DNA of 64,000 nt from a virus: positions 12,767 through 76,766 of IMG/VR virus record IMGVR_UViG_3300012936_000006, one strand, 5' to 3'. Of this stretch, positions 47,626 through 56,529 are shown piece after piece. Every line of letters begins with the position of its first letter. The first letter of the stretch is position 1. The notes under the pieces are model-generated. The model saw nothing but the letters and a program-made list of their open reading frames with translations. It was not told where the DNA came from and searched no databases. Made by a program: the position numbers and the translations under genes.

Positions 47626-48185
47626 AAGAATTAATGGAAAATTGGCGAGGCTACATTAATGAGCAAGAAAGAATTGCTTTAGAAGAGGGCGTCTTTCAAG
47701 ATGCCATGACTTGGTTGAAGGACAAGGGACGGCAAGCTCAGGAGAAAGCAAAAAAGTTTCTTGAAAGTTTAAGAGAAGAGCTTGCTGAGACTAAAGTTGG
47801 TATTATGCTCTTGCAGAAGATTGCCGCAGGAAAAGAACTAAGTGATGACGAATCTCAATTCTTAAAAGATCAGGCAAAAGATATAGCTAGTGGCACTGCG
47901 CTGCTTGGGCTCTTTGCTCTGCCCGGTGGTGGTATCGCATCGGCAGCGTTGCTAAAGATGGCTCGAAAGTTTGGGGTTGAGCTTATGCCAAGTTCTTTTC
48001 TTGACGAGCCAGAGCTAGCAGAACGTGACTGGCAAAAAGAATCTGAAAAGCTAAAAGATCATCCGAACAAGAAAGCTAGGATTTTAGACACAGGTGCCAA
48101 TAAGGAAACTGGCGGCGGCACTGGGCATCGGAAGCTCGATAAACGCCGAGGTAAAAGCGCACCACCCGGAGCAGGCGGGGTATAA
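47622..48185 (+). CDS. Membrane-helix (LETM1-like) protein with WRxY leader
   Basis: MKELMENWRGYINE; DQAKDI...LLGLFALPGG; C-terminal KSAPPG. Confidence 0.5.
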   Translation: MKELMENWRGYINEQERIALEEGVFQDAMTWLKDKGRQAQEKAKKFLESLREELAETKVGIMLLQKIAAGKELSDDESQFLKDQAKDIASGTALLGLFALPGGGIASAALLKMARKFGVELMPSSFLDEPELAERDWQKESEKLKDHPNKKARILDTGANKETGGGTGHRKLDKRRGKSAPPGAGGV

Positions 48186-48249
48186 AATTATAAATAAACA
48201 GCTTAACAATCGAAAGAAACCTACTTATAATATAGGGGGGTCTGTATAA

Positions 48250-48468
48250 ATGGCGATTGACAAGCTTTACTTTCACGGCTCGTGTCTTGCATGCAGAGGA
48301 ACTAGTAAAACTTGGTATAATCGTCCTTGTCCGTATTGTTATCGAGGCACAGCTTATCACGAGGCATCGGACAAGCTAGTCCAGAAATATGTTCTTGAAG
48401 AAATGGATGAAAACGCCCAAAAAGAACTATTTAATGAGATGAAAGAGAAATACGAAAAGGAAAGTTAA
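48250..48468 (+). CDS. Zinc-finger protein
   Basis: CLACRG...CPYC. Confidence 0.55.
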   Translation: MAIDKLYFHGSCLACRGTSKTWYNRPCPYCYRGTAYHEASDKLVQKYVLEEMDENAQKELFNEMKEKYEKES

Positions 48469-48651
48469 ATGTGTTTAATTTGTGTTGAATATAACTTGAA
48501 GAGACTAACAATCAATGAAGCCTACAGAAACTTACAAGAGATGAAAGAGATTCTCCCAGAAGAACACGTAGAAGAAATTGAAAAGATGTTAGAACACGAC
48601 ACTCTTCAGGAGATTCATGAGCTTGAAGGAGATGATAATAATGAGCTTTAA
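48469..48651 (+). CDS. Hypothetical protein
   Basis: MCLIC start; coupled ORF. Confidence 0.5.
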   Translation: MCLICVEYNLKRLTINEAYRNLQEMKEILPEEHVEEIEKMLEHDTLQEIHELEGDDNNEL

Positions 48652-49267
48652 AGATTTGTGGAAAAACTACATTCGAACCGGTGAATCGCAAGCTAGCATT
48701 CAGCCTACATCTTGGAAAAGTTTTTTGATCGAAGAGTTAGAGACAGTTCACAGCCCAGAAGAACAGCAACAGCCAGCGGCACTACAGCCGTCAGAAATTC
48801 CAGCGGAACTGTTTCATGCAACTCGACCACCGTTGCTGTCTGCGATAGCCGAACAAGGCTTGCGTGATTATTCTGATTTTTCCCGGCATGGAGCTGGTCA
48901 GATAGGCGTCTCGTTTGCTACCGAATTGACACCGCTTGAGGATGGCAGCTTTGGTAATCTAGTGCTTGTATTTGACGGAAAAGAGCTAGCTGCATCAAAC
49001 CAATATATTTTTAAAAATCATCAAGATCCCACCATTGATACTAAAGAAGCAGAAGTTCGTGTTACCATGTCAGACTCAGCCGGTGATTCTGGCTCAGGTA
49101 TTGATTCAAAGGTTGATGCGCTCGGAACATCTATCCCTTTTCACTTTTGCAAGAAAATGATTTTTCTCTATCCCGTGCCAAAGTTCGAATTAAAGTGGTT
49201 AAAAGAAAACTACCCATCGGTAGAAATTCAGGTATTAAAACAAGAAAAAGAAGAAAATAAAGAATAA
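48641..49267 (+). CDS. ADP-ribosyltransferase-fold protein (putative)
   Basis: LFHAT...IAEQGL, GVSFAT, EAEV; leader-like WKNY and WKSFLIEE. Confidence 0.5.
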   Translation: MSFKDLWKNYIRTGESQASIQPTSWKSFLIEELETVHSPEEQQQPAALQPSEIPAELFHATRPPLLSAIAEQGLRDYSDFSRHGAGQIGVSFATELTPLEDGSFGNLVLVFDGKELAASNQYIFKNHQDPTIDTKEAEVRVTMSDSAGDSGSGIDSKVDALGTSIPFHFCKKMIFLYPVPKFELKWLKENYPSVEIQVLKQEKEENKE

Positions 49268-49335
49268 ACACTTTCTGACCACTACCTAATATAGAGGGGT
49301 AATTTTTACCCCGGAAATTCGGGTGGACTTATGGG

Positions 49336-51699
49336 GTGAAGAAACTAGGAATGATGCTCCTAGCGAGCACGGCTTTTATATTATCTTGTTCGTGTCAAGA
49401 CAGAATTAAGCTAATACAGGCTTGTTCGCACCACTCCGAAAAAAACTCACCTTGCGTTGGTTCCGAAGAATCCTTTTCACTTTTAAACCCAGAAAATAAA
49501 AACACTGGTGAATGCTCTATTGGCAGAATTACGTGCAGGCAACACGAGTACACCATGGAAGAGTATTGTGGTGACGATGAGGGCTGTAAAGCAGAGTGGG
49601 AAACAACCAGAACTGATGATATATGTGTTGGTCATGTTGGTCCAAAGGGTGAATTATGCGATGGTCTCGACAATGACTGCGATGGCGAGATTGATGAAAA
49701 TTATGATGTGGACGGCGATGGCTTCAAAAGTGCGGCGGCATTGAAACCAGACGGTCAGCTTTGCGGCTATGACTGTGATGACTTTAACCCAGCAGTCCAC
49801 CCAAGTTCAACTGAGATTTGCGATGGAATCGACAATGATTGTGACTGTAGGGTGCTAGATTCTTCGTTGCAAGATTCTAATGGAGATGGCGTTTTTTGTG
49901 GCTGTGGACCTGCTGGGTGTGATGATGGCGTTGATGAAGGCTTGGTTGGAAACACAATTGGCATATGCTATCCCGAAGGTGTTACCGAGCAAGAATGGAG
50001 CACCCTCTCTGTTGAGAATAGCCCATGTTCTATTGGAAAGCTTCGGTGTGAGTCTGGCGAGATTTTATGTGTTGGAGCGCAAGGACCAAAAGAAGAGGTA
50101 TGCGACGGTGTAGATAATAATTGCAATGGTGCAGCCGATGAGAACGAATTAGTTGTCGGTGCTGGCGATGCTTGCGGGTCTGATGTTGGGGTATGCCAAG
50201 AGGGTCATTTAATTTGCGACCCAGTGACAAAAGATATGATTTGTGTTGGTCAGGTCACAGGACAAAGCCCCGATTTCTGCGACGGTCTCGATAATGATTG
50301 TGACGGACAATCTGATGAAGATGCTGGCTCTGTGCTCTGTTCTAATGGATGCCCACAAACGGGGTATCAATATTGTGTTGAGGGGGAATATAGCACTTGT
50401 GATGCACCGCTTCCCGAATCTGAGGATGACGATCCCTGCAACGGAGAGGACGACGATTGTGACGGTCAGGTAGATGAGGGTCAAGAGTGTCAGTGTGATG
50501 CCGATGAAGTCGGTCCATTTGCTCCTGACTGCACAGTAGATGAAATGGTTGCTTCTGGCTTGTCTTGCGGAAAAGGAAAGAAAGATTGTATTTGTGAAAA
50601 TGGAGACTGTCAGTATGGAGAGTGCTATTTGACTTGCGACCCATGGGTAGACGGAGCACCGAATCCAAATGTCTTTTGGGGTCCATGCGACCCGGAAACT
50701 TGTGACGATTGGGATCACAATTGCTGGGCTGGACCAGCAGATGTAGAACCGCAACCTTGTCCATGTGATCCAACACACCCTGATCCATCTATTGCTCTCT
50801 TATCACTTGAGGGCAACGGCTGTGAAGCGGGAGAGTGTACAGCAGGCAGTCGCTCTTGCGTGCTAGATCCCCAAACAAACACTCATGGCTGGCACCCTGC
50901 CGACTGTGATGCGATAGGTCCAGTTGAAGAAGTTTGTGACGAGCTAGATAATGACTGTGATACATTAGTTGATGAAGAGTTGAACAGTTTTGAGAGAGTC
51001 GATATGGTTTTTGCTATCGACATAACGGGTTCAATGGATTCTGTTATTGAAGATGTTCACAACGCCATCAACGCTTATGCTCAGGACTTTCAGCAAACAG
51101 AGCACCAGTTTGCGTTAATCTTATTCCCGGCTCCTTATTGTGATCCAAACAACCCGACAACTAATCCGGGCTGTGATTGGGCATCGGCTGGCTCGCCTGC
51201 TACTATGTGTGGCGATGGAAGTAATGAAGGGGATATGTATTGGAATGTAACCAATGGTCTAGTTGGAGTTGAAGACTTTTTATTAGCCTTGGGTTTGGTA
51301 GCTCAGCATGGAACTTGCTGCTCTTCAGAACCTTCGTATGACGTATTGGCGGATCTGACCAGTGTAGCAGACCCAGCAGCTATTGGCTGGCGAGAAAACG
51401 CATATCCTTATATTTTTATGCTAGGTGACGAGAACGCTCAAACTTGGACAGGAGCCACAGAGCAATCAGTTGCTCAGCAGGCAGATACCTGCGATGGAAT
51501 CGGAATGTGTCCCTGCAACCCACCAGATTGTCAACAGGCAACCAACGAGTTTGAAGTACACTGCTTTACTGCTCCATTCTACTTTTCAGACTATGATCAG
51601 ATTTGCTACAACGACGCAGTAGGCGACAATGTTTATAATATAAACCAAATCTCATCAGAGGTTTTAAGAAATATTTTTGCTGATGTTTGTCTTCCATAA
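49336..51699 (+). CDS. Lipoprotein with MopE-type Cys/Asp repeats and C-terminal vWA domain
   Basis: Lipobox-like ILSC; 6-7 copies of ExCDGxDNDCDGxxDE; VDMVFAIDITGSM MIDAS-like motif; GDE. Confidence 0.8.
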   Translation: MKKLGMMLLASTAFILSCSCQDRIKLIQACSHHSEKNSPCVGSEESFSLLNPENKNTGECSIGRITCRQHEYTMEEYCGDDEGCKAEWETTRTDDICVGHVGPKGELCDGLDNDCDGEIDENYDVDGDGFKSAAALKPDGQLCGYDCDDFNPAVHPSSTEICDGIDNDCDCRVLDSSLQDSNGDGVFCGCGPAGCDDGVDEGLVGNTIGICYPEGVTEQEWSTLSVENSPCSIGKLRCESGEILCVGAQGPKEEVCDGVDNNCNGAADENELVVGAGDACGSDVGVCQEGHLICDPVTKDMICVGQVTGQSPDFCDGLDNDCDGQSDEDAGSVLCSNGCPQTGYQYCVEGEYSTCDAPLPESEDDDPCNGEDDDCDGQVDEGQECQCDADEVGPFAPDCTVDEMVASGLSCGKGKKDCICENGDCQYGECYLTCDPWVDGAPNPNVFWGPCDPETCDDWDHNCWAGPADVEPQPCPCDPTHPDPSIALLSLEGNGCEAGECTAGSRSCVLDPQTNTHGWHPADCDAIGPVEEVCDELDNDCDTLVDEELNSFERVDMVFAIDITGSMDSVIEDVHNAINAYAQDFQQTEHQFALILFPAPYCDPNNPTTNPGCDWASAGSPATMCGDGSNEGDMYWNVTNGLVGVEDFLLALGLVAQHGTCCSSEPSYDVLADLTSVADPAAIGWRENAYPYIFMLGDENAQTWTGATEQSVAQQADTCDGIGMCPCNPPDCQQATNEFEVHCFTAPFYFSDYDQICYNDAVGDNVYNINQISSEVLRNIFADVCLP

Positions 51700-51762
51700 T
51701 GTATTCGATGGTCTATTTATAAACACGGGTGGAGGTTATTTCTACACAATCAGGTTTATAAA

Positions 51763-52050
51763 ATGGAAGACAAATGCAACATAGGGGTTGGAGATCTCGT
51801 TAGGCTCAAAGATGATACTGGTCTGAGCGTTGGCGTCGGTGTGGTATTAGAGAAGCGAGAAGATTGTGGAGAAATCATGGACATGCTTGATGATCTGCGA
51901 AGCAGCGATGAAAGTTTCATACCAGTAGAGGAAATACCAGAATTTTTACTTTACAAGCCTATTTACCTTGTTTTGTGGCAGGGCGAAAATATTTCCCCCA
52001 ACGACAGACCGGTCTGGATGTTTAGAACAGAGATCGAAACTGTGAAATAA
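51763..52050 (+). CDS. GDLV-family SH3/KOW-like protein
   Basis: IGVGDLVRLK...GVGVV...LVLW. Confidence 0.6.
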   Translation: MEDKCNIGVGDLVRLKDDTGLSVGVGVVLEKREDCGEIMDMLDDLRSSDESFIPVEEIPEFLLYKPIYLVLWQGENISPNDRPVWMFRTEIETVK

Positions 52051-52061
52051 AGAGGAAAATT

Positions 52062-52298
52062 ATGAAGAAAAAACCTATAAGTGTTGGCGATCTTGTGTTA
52101 AGATGTGTTAAATGGAGACCCGGCGTAAATGCAACTAAGAACACGGGAAAAGGAATAGTAACCTTGATTGCTGAGTCTGATGGAGAGAAAAAAAGATTAA
52201 TTAGAGTCTTGTGGAGAGAGGGAAACTTTGAATGGCACTGCGAAGAAGATTTAGTAAACGTCAAAAATGTTGTACGTGGAAGTATAGGTTCTGATTAA
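52062..52298 (+). CDS. GDLV-family SH3/KOW-like protein
   Basis: ISVGDLV...GIV...RVLW...EEDL. Confidence 0.6.
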   Translation: MKKKPISVGDLVLRCVKWRPGVNATKNTGKGIVTLIAESDGEKKRLIRVLWREGNFEWHCEEDLVNVKNVVRGSIGSD

Positions 52299-52582
52299 TG
52301 GATGAGTTGAGAGATCCCGTCGAGCGGGAAAGAGTTAGGAAACAAGAAACTTGGAGAAAGTTTTATAATATTGATGTGAAGCCCGGAGATATTGTTAAAT
52401 ACGAGGATGGGTTTGGTATTTTTTATGGTCTAGTCACTGAAACAGTGGCAAATCAATCAATAGTAGAGGGCGTGACAAATCTTGCTGGTAAAATTATTTG
52501 GACAAGCGAGAAAGATAGTCCAAGAGAAACTAGGGATTGGTATATATTTAATTCAAAAAATTGGTCAGTGATGACCAGATAG
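52298..52582 (+). CDS. GDLV-family SH3/KOW-like protein
   Basis: VKPGDIVKY...GLV...IIW. Confidence 0.55.
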   Translation: MDELRDPVERERVRKQETWRKFYNIDVKPGDIVKYEDGFGIFYGLVTETVANQSIVEGVTNLAGKIIWTSEKDSPRETRDWYIFNSKNWSVMTR

Positions 52583-52591
52583 GAGAAACAA

Positions 52592-52888
52592 ATGTCAGAA
52601 TATAATTCTTGGAGAGCTATTCTGGAAGACTACAGATTAGAATATCTCACAGAGGATGAGGCTAGGGAATACTTAGAAGAGTTATCTTATGAACTCACGG
52701 AGGATGAACTCGAAGAAGCAGAAGAGAAGCTAGAAGAATTCATCAGACAAAAAGAAGAAGATAGTGGACTTATCGATTGGGTGGGGTGCGAGCCACTGAG
52801 ACACCCAGATCCAGATGATTACTACGGTGAAAACACTTTAGAAGATGACTGGGCGAGAGAATACGAAAATACTGACGATTATGATTGA
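52592..52888 (+). CDS. Highly acidic hypothetical protein
   Basis: Rich in E/D with several W/Y; AGGAGA RBS. Confidence 0.55.
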   Translation: MSEYNSWRAILEDYRLEYLTEDEAREYLEELSYELTEDELEEAEEKLEEFIRQKEEDSGLIDWVGCEPLRHPDPDDYYGENTLEDDWAREYENTDDYD

Positions 52889-52936
52889 TTGTCACTATTT
52901 ATAAGCATACACAAAGAGGTGCGTACAGTGTTTAGA

Positions 52937-53227
52937 ATGTTAAAAAAGTATATGTCGGCAGCAGTTGGTTCTGCTTTCTGCCTTGCAATCATTGCAACTG
53001 GCGACCCGGTTAAGGCTAGCGACAGGGCAATATTCAGTGGAGCCAGTTTTGTGTCTCCCTGCTCGATAGAGTATAAGACACAGAGTTTGGTTCATCACAT
53101 TAAAAGCGAAAAAGATAATATTTTTATCAAGCTTCCATCCAGTCAAGGAGAAGCTCCGCTTTTCTCTAAATTAACGCTGCACGTAACGTGTGAGCGTAAT
53201 TATGACCAGAGAGAAAGATCATTATAA
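52937..53227 (+). CDS. Putative secreted protein
   Basis: Signal-like N-terminus; start uncertain. Confidence 0.4.
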   Translation: MLKKYMSAAVGSAFCLAIIATGDPVKASDRAIFSGASFVSPCSIEYKTQSLVHHIKSEKDNIFIKLPSSQGEAPLFSKLTLHVTCERNYDQRERSL

Positions 53228-53816
53228 AACACTGGGTGTTACAAAGCACTCTACACAGGAGCAGATAAAAAAAGCTTATAGGCGATTAGCTTTGCTGCAC
53301 CACCCAGATCGTGGGGGGGAACAAGAGCGGTTCAAGGATATAAATGAAGCTTACAACATTCTTGGAGACCCCGATAAAAAGAGAGCTTACGATGAGGGCA
53401 GTGGCAATGTTCAGGATGTGTTTAGTTGGGATGCTACATTTTCGGACTTTTTTAAAAACATTAGAAGGCAGCGTGCGGCGAACGCCCCGACTTCAGATAA
53501 AGATATAAAATTTAATCTTGGTGTGAATCTTGAACAAATTAAACGTGGCGCATCGAAGAAGATATTTTTTAATAGAACTATAGTTTGCAGTGCGTGCAAA
53601 GGTCAGGGTGGTAAAAATCCACAAATGTGTAACGACTGCATGGGATCAGGGCAGGCTACACTTTACAACAGCAGGGGTCATAAAGTTATAACTACCTGTA
53701 GAACCTGCGGAGGCAGAGGGATCACCTTCAGTTCAATTTGTTCTTCTTGTAGAGGAAATAAAACTGTAAAGGTGCAAGATTCTGTTGTCGTGAATATTTC
53801 TGAAAAAAAAGCTTGA
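53202..53816 (+). CDS. dnaJ: DnaJ-like co-chaperone (J domain + zinc finger, short C-terminus)
   Basis: DHYKTLGV, HPD, four CxxCxGxG-type repeats. Confidence 0.88.
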   Translation: MTREKDHYKTLGVTKHSTQEQIKKAYRRLALLHHPDRGGEQERFKDINEAYNILGDPDKKRAYDEGSGNVQDVFSWDATFSDFFKNIRRQRAANAPTSDKDIKFNLGVNLEQIKRGASKKIFFNRTIVCSACKGQGGKNPQMCNDCMGSGQATLYNSRGHKVITTCRTCGGRGITFSSICSSCRGNKTVKVQDSVVVNISEKKA

Positions 53817-53841
53817 CAAACATAGCATGATGCGCTATATT
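53813..53841 (+). promoter_or_regulatory. Sigma70 promoter
   Basis: TTGACA-17-TATATT. Confidence 0.7.
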
Positions 53842-53865
53842 ATGTATATAAAAGGAAGGTGAAAA

Positions 53866-54153
53866 GTGAAGAGATTGTTTGCGGTGGTTTTGTTAGCGAT
53901 TCTTGCATCTGGGTGTGAGAACTTTTATGTAGTGCAGTATCCCGGTGGTGGACACAGCCACAGCGCAGGTTCTTTCTGTGATGATACAGAACCATACTAT
54001 GAACCAGCAGAGGAATACTTTGTCTATGAAGATCACCTTGGATACTATGAGGGCGAATGCGGCGTGTGGTACGTCGGGCATGGACATTGGGAAGAATGGT
54101 GCAACTGGCAAGATACTTGCGGTTGGGAATTTGTCGATGAGTGGTATTACTAG
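53866..54153 (+). CDS. Small lipoprotein, Trp/Tyr/Cys-rich
   Basis: Lipobox ASGC. Confidence 0.7.
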   Translation: MKRLFAVVLLAILASGCENFYVVQYPGGGHSHSAGSFCDDTEPYYEPAEEYFVYEDHLGYYEGECGVWYVGHGHWEEWCNWQDTCGWEFVDEWYY

Positions 54154-54303
54154 ATGAAAAAGAACAAAAACAAAAAACTTAAAAAGCAGCGTGACTATGT
54201 GGCTCTGGGCATGATCCTTCGTAAAGGCTCGGGTGCAGGCTTTCATTCGAAACGAGGCTATTCTCGCAAGCAAAAACACAAGAAAGATATTCAGGAGGAT
54301 TAA
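54154..54303 (+). CDS. Small basic protein with ArfA-like tail, 49 aa (not in ORF track)
   Basis: RDYVA...KRGYSRKQKHKK. Confidence 0.5.
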   Translation: MKKNKNKKLKKQRDYVALGMILRKGSGAGFHSKRGYSRKQKHKKDIQED

Positions 54304-54304
54304 G

Positions 54305-54610
54305 TTGGGACGCCGTGTGCAAAAAAACAAGGGTGTCCTTGTCTATATGGGTCGTCGTAGAACTCCGGGGATAGGTGTCATAATCGACAAGACACCGAAG
54401 CCGCCGAAGGAGATGACAGATCACGAAAAGAGCTTGAGGTCTCCATCGCTTCTCAGAGACTATCAAGTAAATTTATCTGAAGAGGTGTGTGCTTTGGTGC
54501 ATTGGCTAAAGCGTCCCTCTGCGTGGGAGAGCGAACAAACTTATAATCAGAGGACATGGGTTCCTTTGAGTTGGTTAAGAATTTATAAAAAGGAGATCAG
54601 CAGTGAGTGA
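54305..54610 (+). CDS. SH3-like hypothetical protein
   Basis: TTG start after AGGAGG; GVLV...GIGVII...VHW...WVPLSWL. Confidence 0.5.
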   Translation: MGRRVQKNKGVLVYMGRRRTPGIGVIIDKTPKPPKEMTDHEKSLRSPSLLRDYQVNLSEEVCALVHWLKRPSAWESEQTYNQRTWVPLSWLRIYKKEISSE

Positions 54611-54805
54611 CAAAAACTATATTGTAGTTTATCATAAATCAGAAAACGAAACGATCAAGATGACAAAGCGTTCTGCTTATTTGGGGGCTCGACGTAGCCA
54701 GCGTAACTTTGAAAAGATTGGCATCAAGCCTTGCGAGGTTGTAAAGTTGACTTCGAAAAAGAAAAACCCTACTATATAATATACAAGCATGAGAGGACAA
54801 ACACC

Positions 54806-55044
54806 ATGGGGCATTTGCTTTAATTTGGAGAAAGATTAAGAACATCTTCACAAGTTCTAAAAAAGTAAAGGCACCCGTTTGCCCAGATCATCAAGCAAAA
54901 ATCTATGCGCTGAGACTGAAACACAGAATCAAACTATTTGAAGACAAGTTTGGCAAACTAAGTGTGAAGCAGAAACGACACCTTCAGGCTAAACTTGTTA
55001 AGAAGATGGTACAGGAGCGTGATCACAGGAGGAAAAAGAATTGA
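54806..55044 (+). pseudogene. Frameshifted ORF (G-run after the start codon)
   Basis: Promoter TTGACT-17-TACTAT, GAGAGGA RBS and ATG are out of frame by 1 nt with a 78-codon ORF. Confidence 0.4.
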
Positions 55045-55229
55045 GTTTTTGGAAAGTTACTTATAAGACACCATCAGAAGAAAAAGAGGTGGTAGTTGAG
55101 GCTATCGACAAGGATACAACCTATGTAGAGGGTATTTTAAAGCAGGTACACCCAGACTGGGTAGAAATGGAAGTCGAGCCTACGGAGAAACCCGAATGGA
55201 TCGTTCACTCAATGGAAGACTGGGATTAA
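55041..55229 (+). CDS. Hypothetical protein
   Basis: AGGAGG RBS; TTG start. Confidence 0.5.
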   Translation: MSFWKVTYKTPSEEKEVVVEAIDKDTTYVEGILKQVHPDWVEMEVEPTEKPEWIVHSMEDWD

Positions 55230-55246
55230 AAAAATAAAAAAACTTC

Positions 55247-55275
55247 TTGACAAAGCCTATGAACCCTGATACATT
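55247..55275 (+). promoter_or_regulatory. Sigma70 promoter
   Basis: TTGACA-17-TACATT. Confidence 0.65.
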
Positions 55276-55310
55276 AATGATGTAAGGTCAGAGAACAAAA
55301 GGAGACAGAT

Positions 55311-55583
55311 ATGTCAGAGAATAGAAAACCTCGTAGAAATCGTCAACGTCGTGAAAGACTAACACCAGAGCAGAGGGCTCAGTTTGCACGAGAGCGTCGT
55401 GAACTGGTCGGCAAGCTTCTCACTCAAGAAGAGTTTGCCGGTGCGCTGGTAGTTGAGCATATTAGAGGCTCTCAGTATTTGCTTCGAATGCCGAACGGTC
55501 AAGAGGTCTTTGCTTCACACAAAAAGCAAAAGAGCGATAGCCCCGGTGCTCTTTCTAACGCAGGGTGGAAACTGTGGGTATAG
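55311..55583 (+). CDS. Arg-rich hypothetical protein
   Basis: AAGGAG RBS after the promoter. Confidence 0.55.
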   Translation: MSENRKPRRNRQRRERLTPEQRAQFARERRELVGKLLTQEEFAGALVVEHIRGSQYLLRMPNGQEVFASHKKQKSDSPGALSNAGWKLWV

Positions 55584-55786
55584 AGAGAAGCACGCTAGTC
55601 GTCGGAGACCTAGTTAGATATGGTCACGACGAATCAAGAGTAGGTATCGTAAAGTCTTTCAATAATCAGCGAACAGACTGTGTGCTTGTAGTTTGGCAAC
55701 AGCCGAGCAGCGGTAAGCGACAGTGGTATGTTGAACCAAGTTGGATCAAGGTCAAGAATAATAATGGATGGGTTTCGTGTCGGTGA
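55565..55786 (+). CDS. GDLV-family SH3/KOW-like protein
   Basis: LVVGDLVRY...VGIV...LVVW. Confidence 0.55.
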   Translation: METVGIERSTLVVGDLVRYGHDESRVGIVKSFNNQRTDCVLVVWQQPSSGKRQWYVEPSWIKVKNNNGWVSCR

Positions 55787-55979
55787 TTTAATTTGTCATA
55801 CTGAACTGGGTGCAGCTTTGTATTTAGGTTCAGATCCAGTATATGAAGATGATGTTGGGGTGATGCACAAGATAATATTTACTGGCAGCAACATAGTTGA
55901 TTATATCACCGATTGGGAGTTGAACAATTTATATGAGAGAATCGGGCAGCACTGGACAGATAGAGTATCAAAAAGGTGA
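55764..55979 (+). CDS. GDLV-family SH3/KOW-like protein
   Basis: FRVGDLI. Confidence 0.5.
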   Translation: MDGFRVGDLICHTELGAALYLGSDPVYEDDVGVMHKIIFTGSNIVDYITDWELNNLYERIGQHWTDRVSKR

Positions 55980-56196
55980 TCTGGTTGTGGTTCTCTCTCC
56001 GTTCAGAAACGACCACTATCGAAACGACGAGAGGCTAGCGGTTTATTTGGGGGAAGAAAAAAAATTAGTGCAAACGGGTCCACAGGAGTGGATGAGGGAT
56101 GTTTGTACTGTTTGGTTCCTTCACATGAAAGAGCCCACGGTCGTACAATTAAATTCTATTATTAAAAAAGCGGGAAAAGATGACAGACGAGAATAA
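55933..56196 (+). CDS. GDLV-family SH3/KOW-like protein
   Basis: YQKGDLVVV...TVWF. Confidence 0.5.
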   Translation: MRESGSTGQIEYQKGDLVVVLSPFRNDHYRNDERLAVYLGEEKKLVQTGPQEWMRDVCTVWFLHMKEPTVVQLNSIIKKAGKDDRRE

Positions 56197-56527
56197 AGAT
56201 AAAGTTTATTATGATGGTGCATGTTATGTGTGCTCTCTAGAGATTAACGCAATAAAGCAAAGGGGGCAAGCTTGTGGCATTGAGTTTATTGATATTAGCA
56301 GCAGTGACTTTGGTTTTGCTGATCGGGACTTTGAAAGTGAGATGATTGGTGAGTTCGATGGTGACGAAACCGTTGGCATTGAAACCTTCCGGCAGATGTA
56401 TGAGAAGATGGGGTACAGGCGTTCTGTGGCGTTCAGCCGTTTGCCAGTGATTCGTAATCTTTTTAATATCGGCTACCATGTGTTTGCTCACTACATCCGA
56501 CCGAACCTACCGAAAAGGAAAGTTTAG
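56180..56527 (+). CDS. DCC1-like thiol-disulfide oxidoreductase (DUF393)
   Basis: VYYDGACYVC, IEFIDIS, GIETF, GYHVFA. Confidence 0.8.
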   Translation: MTDENKDKVYYDGACYVCSLEINAIKQRGQACGIEFIDISSSDFGFADRDFESEMIGEFDGDETVGIETFRQMYEKMGYRRSVAFSRLPVIRNLFNIGYHVFAHYIRPNLPKRKV

Positions 56528-56529
56528 CG

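Noticed and set aside
43006-47650. Leader repeats as a CRISPR array or DGR template/variable repeats
   Set aside because: Repeats are coding, degenerate and irregularly spaced by whole genes; there is no cas gene, reverse transcriptase or adenine-specific mismatch pair.
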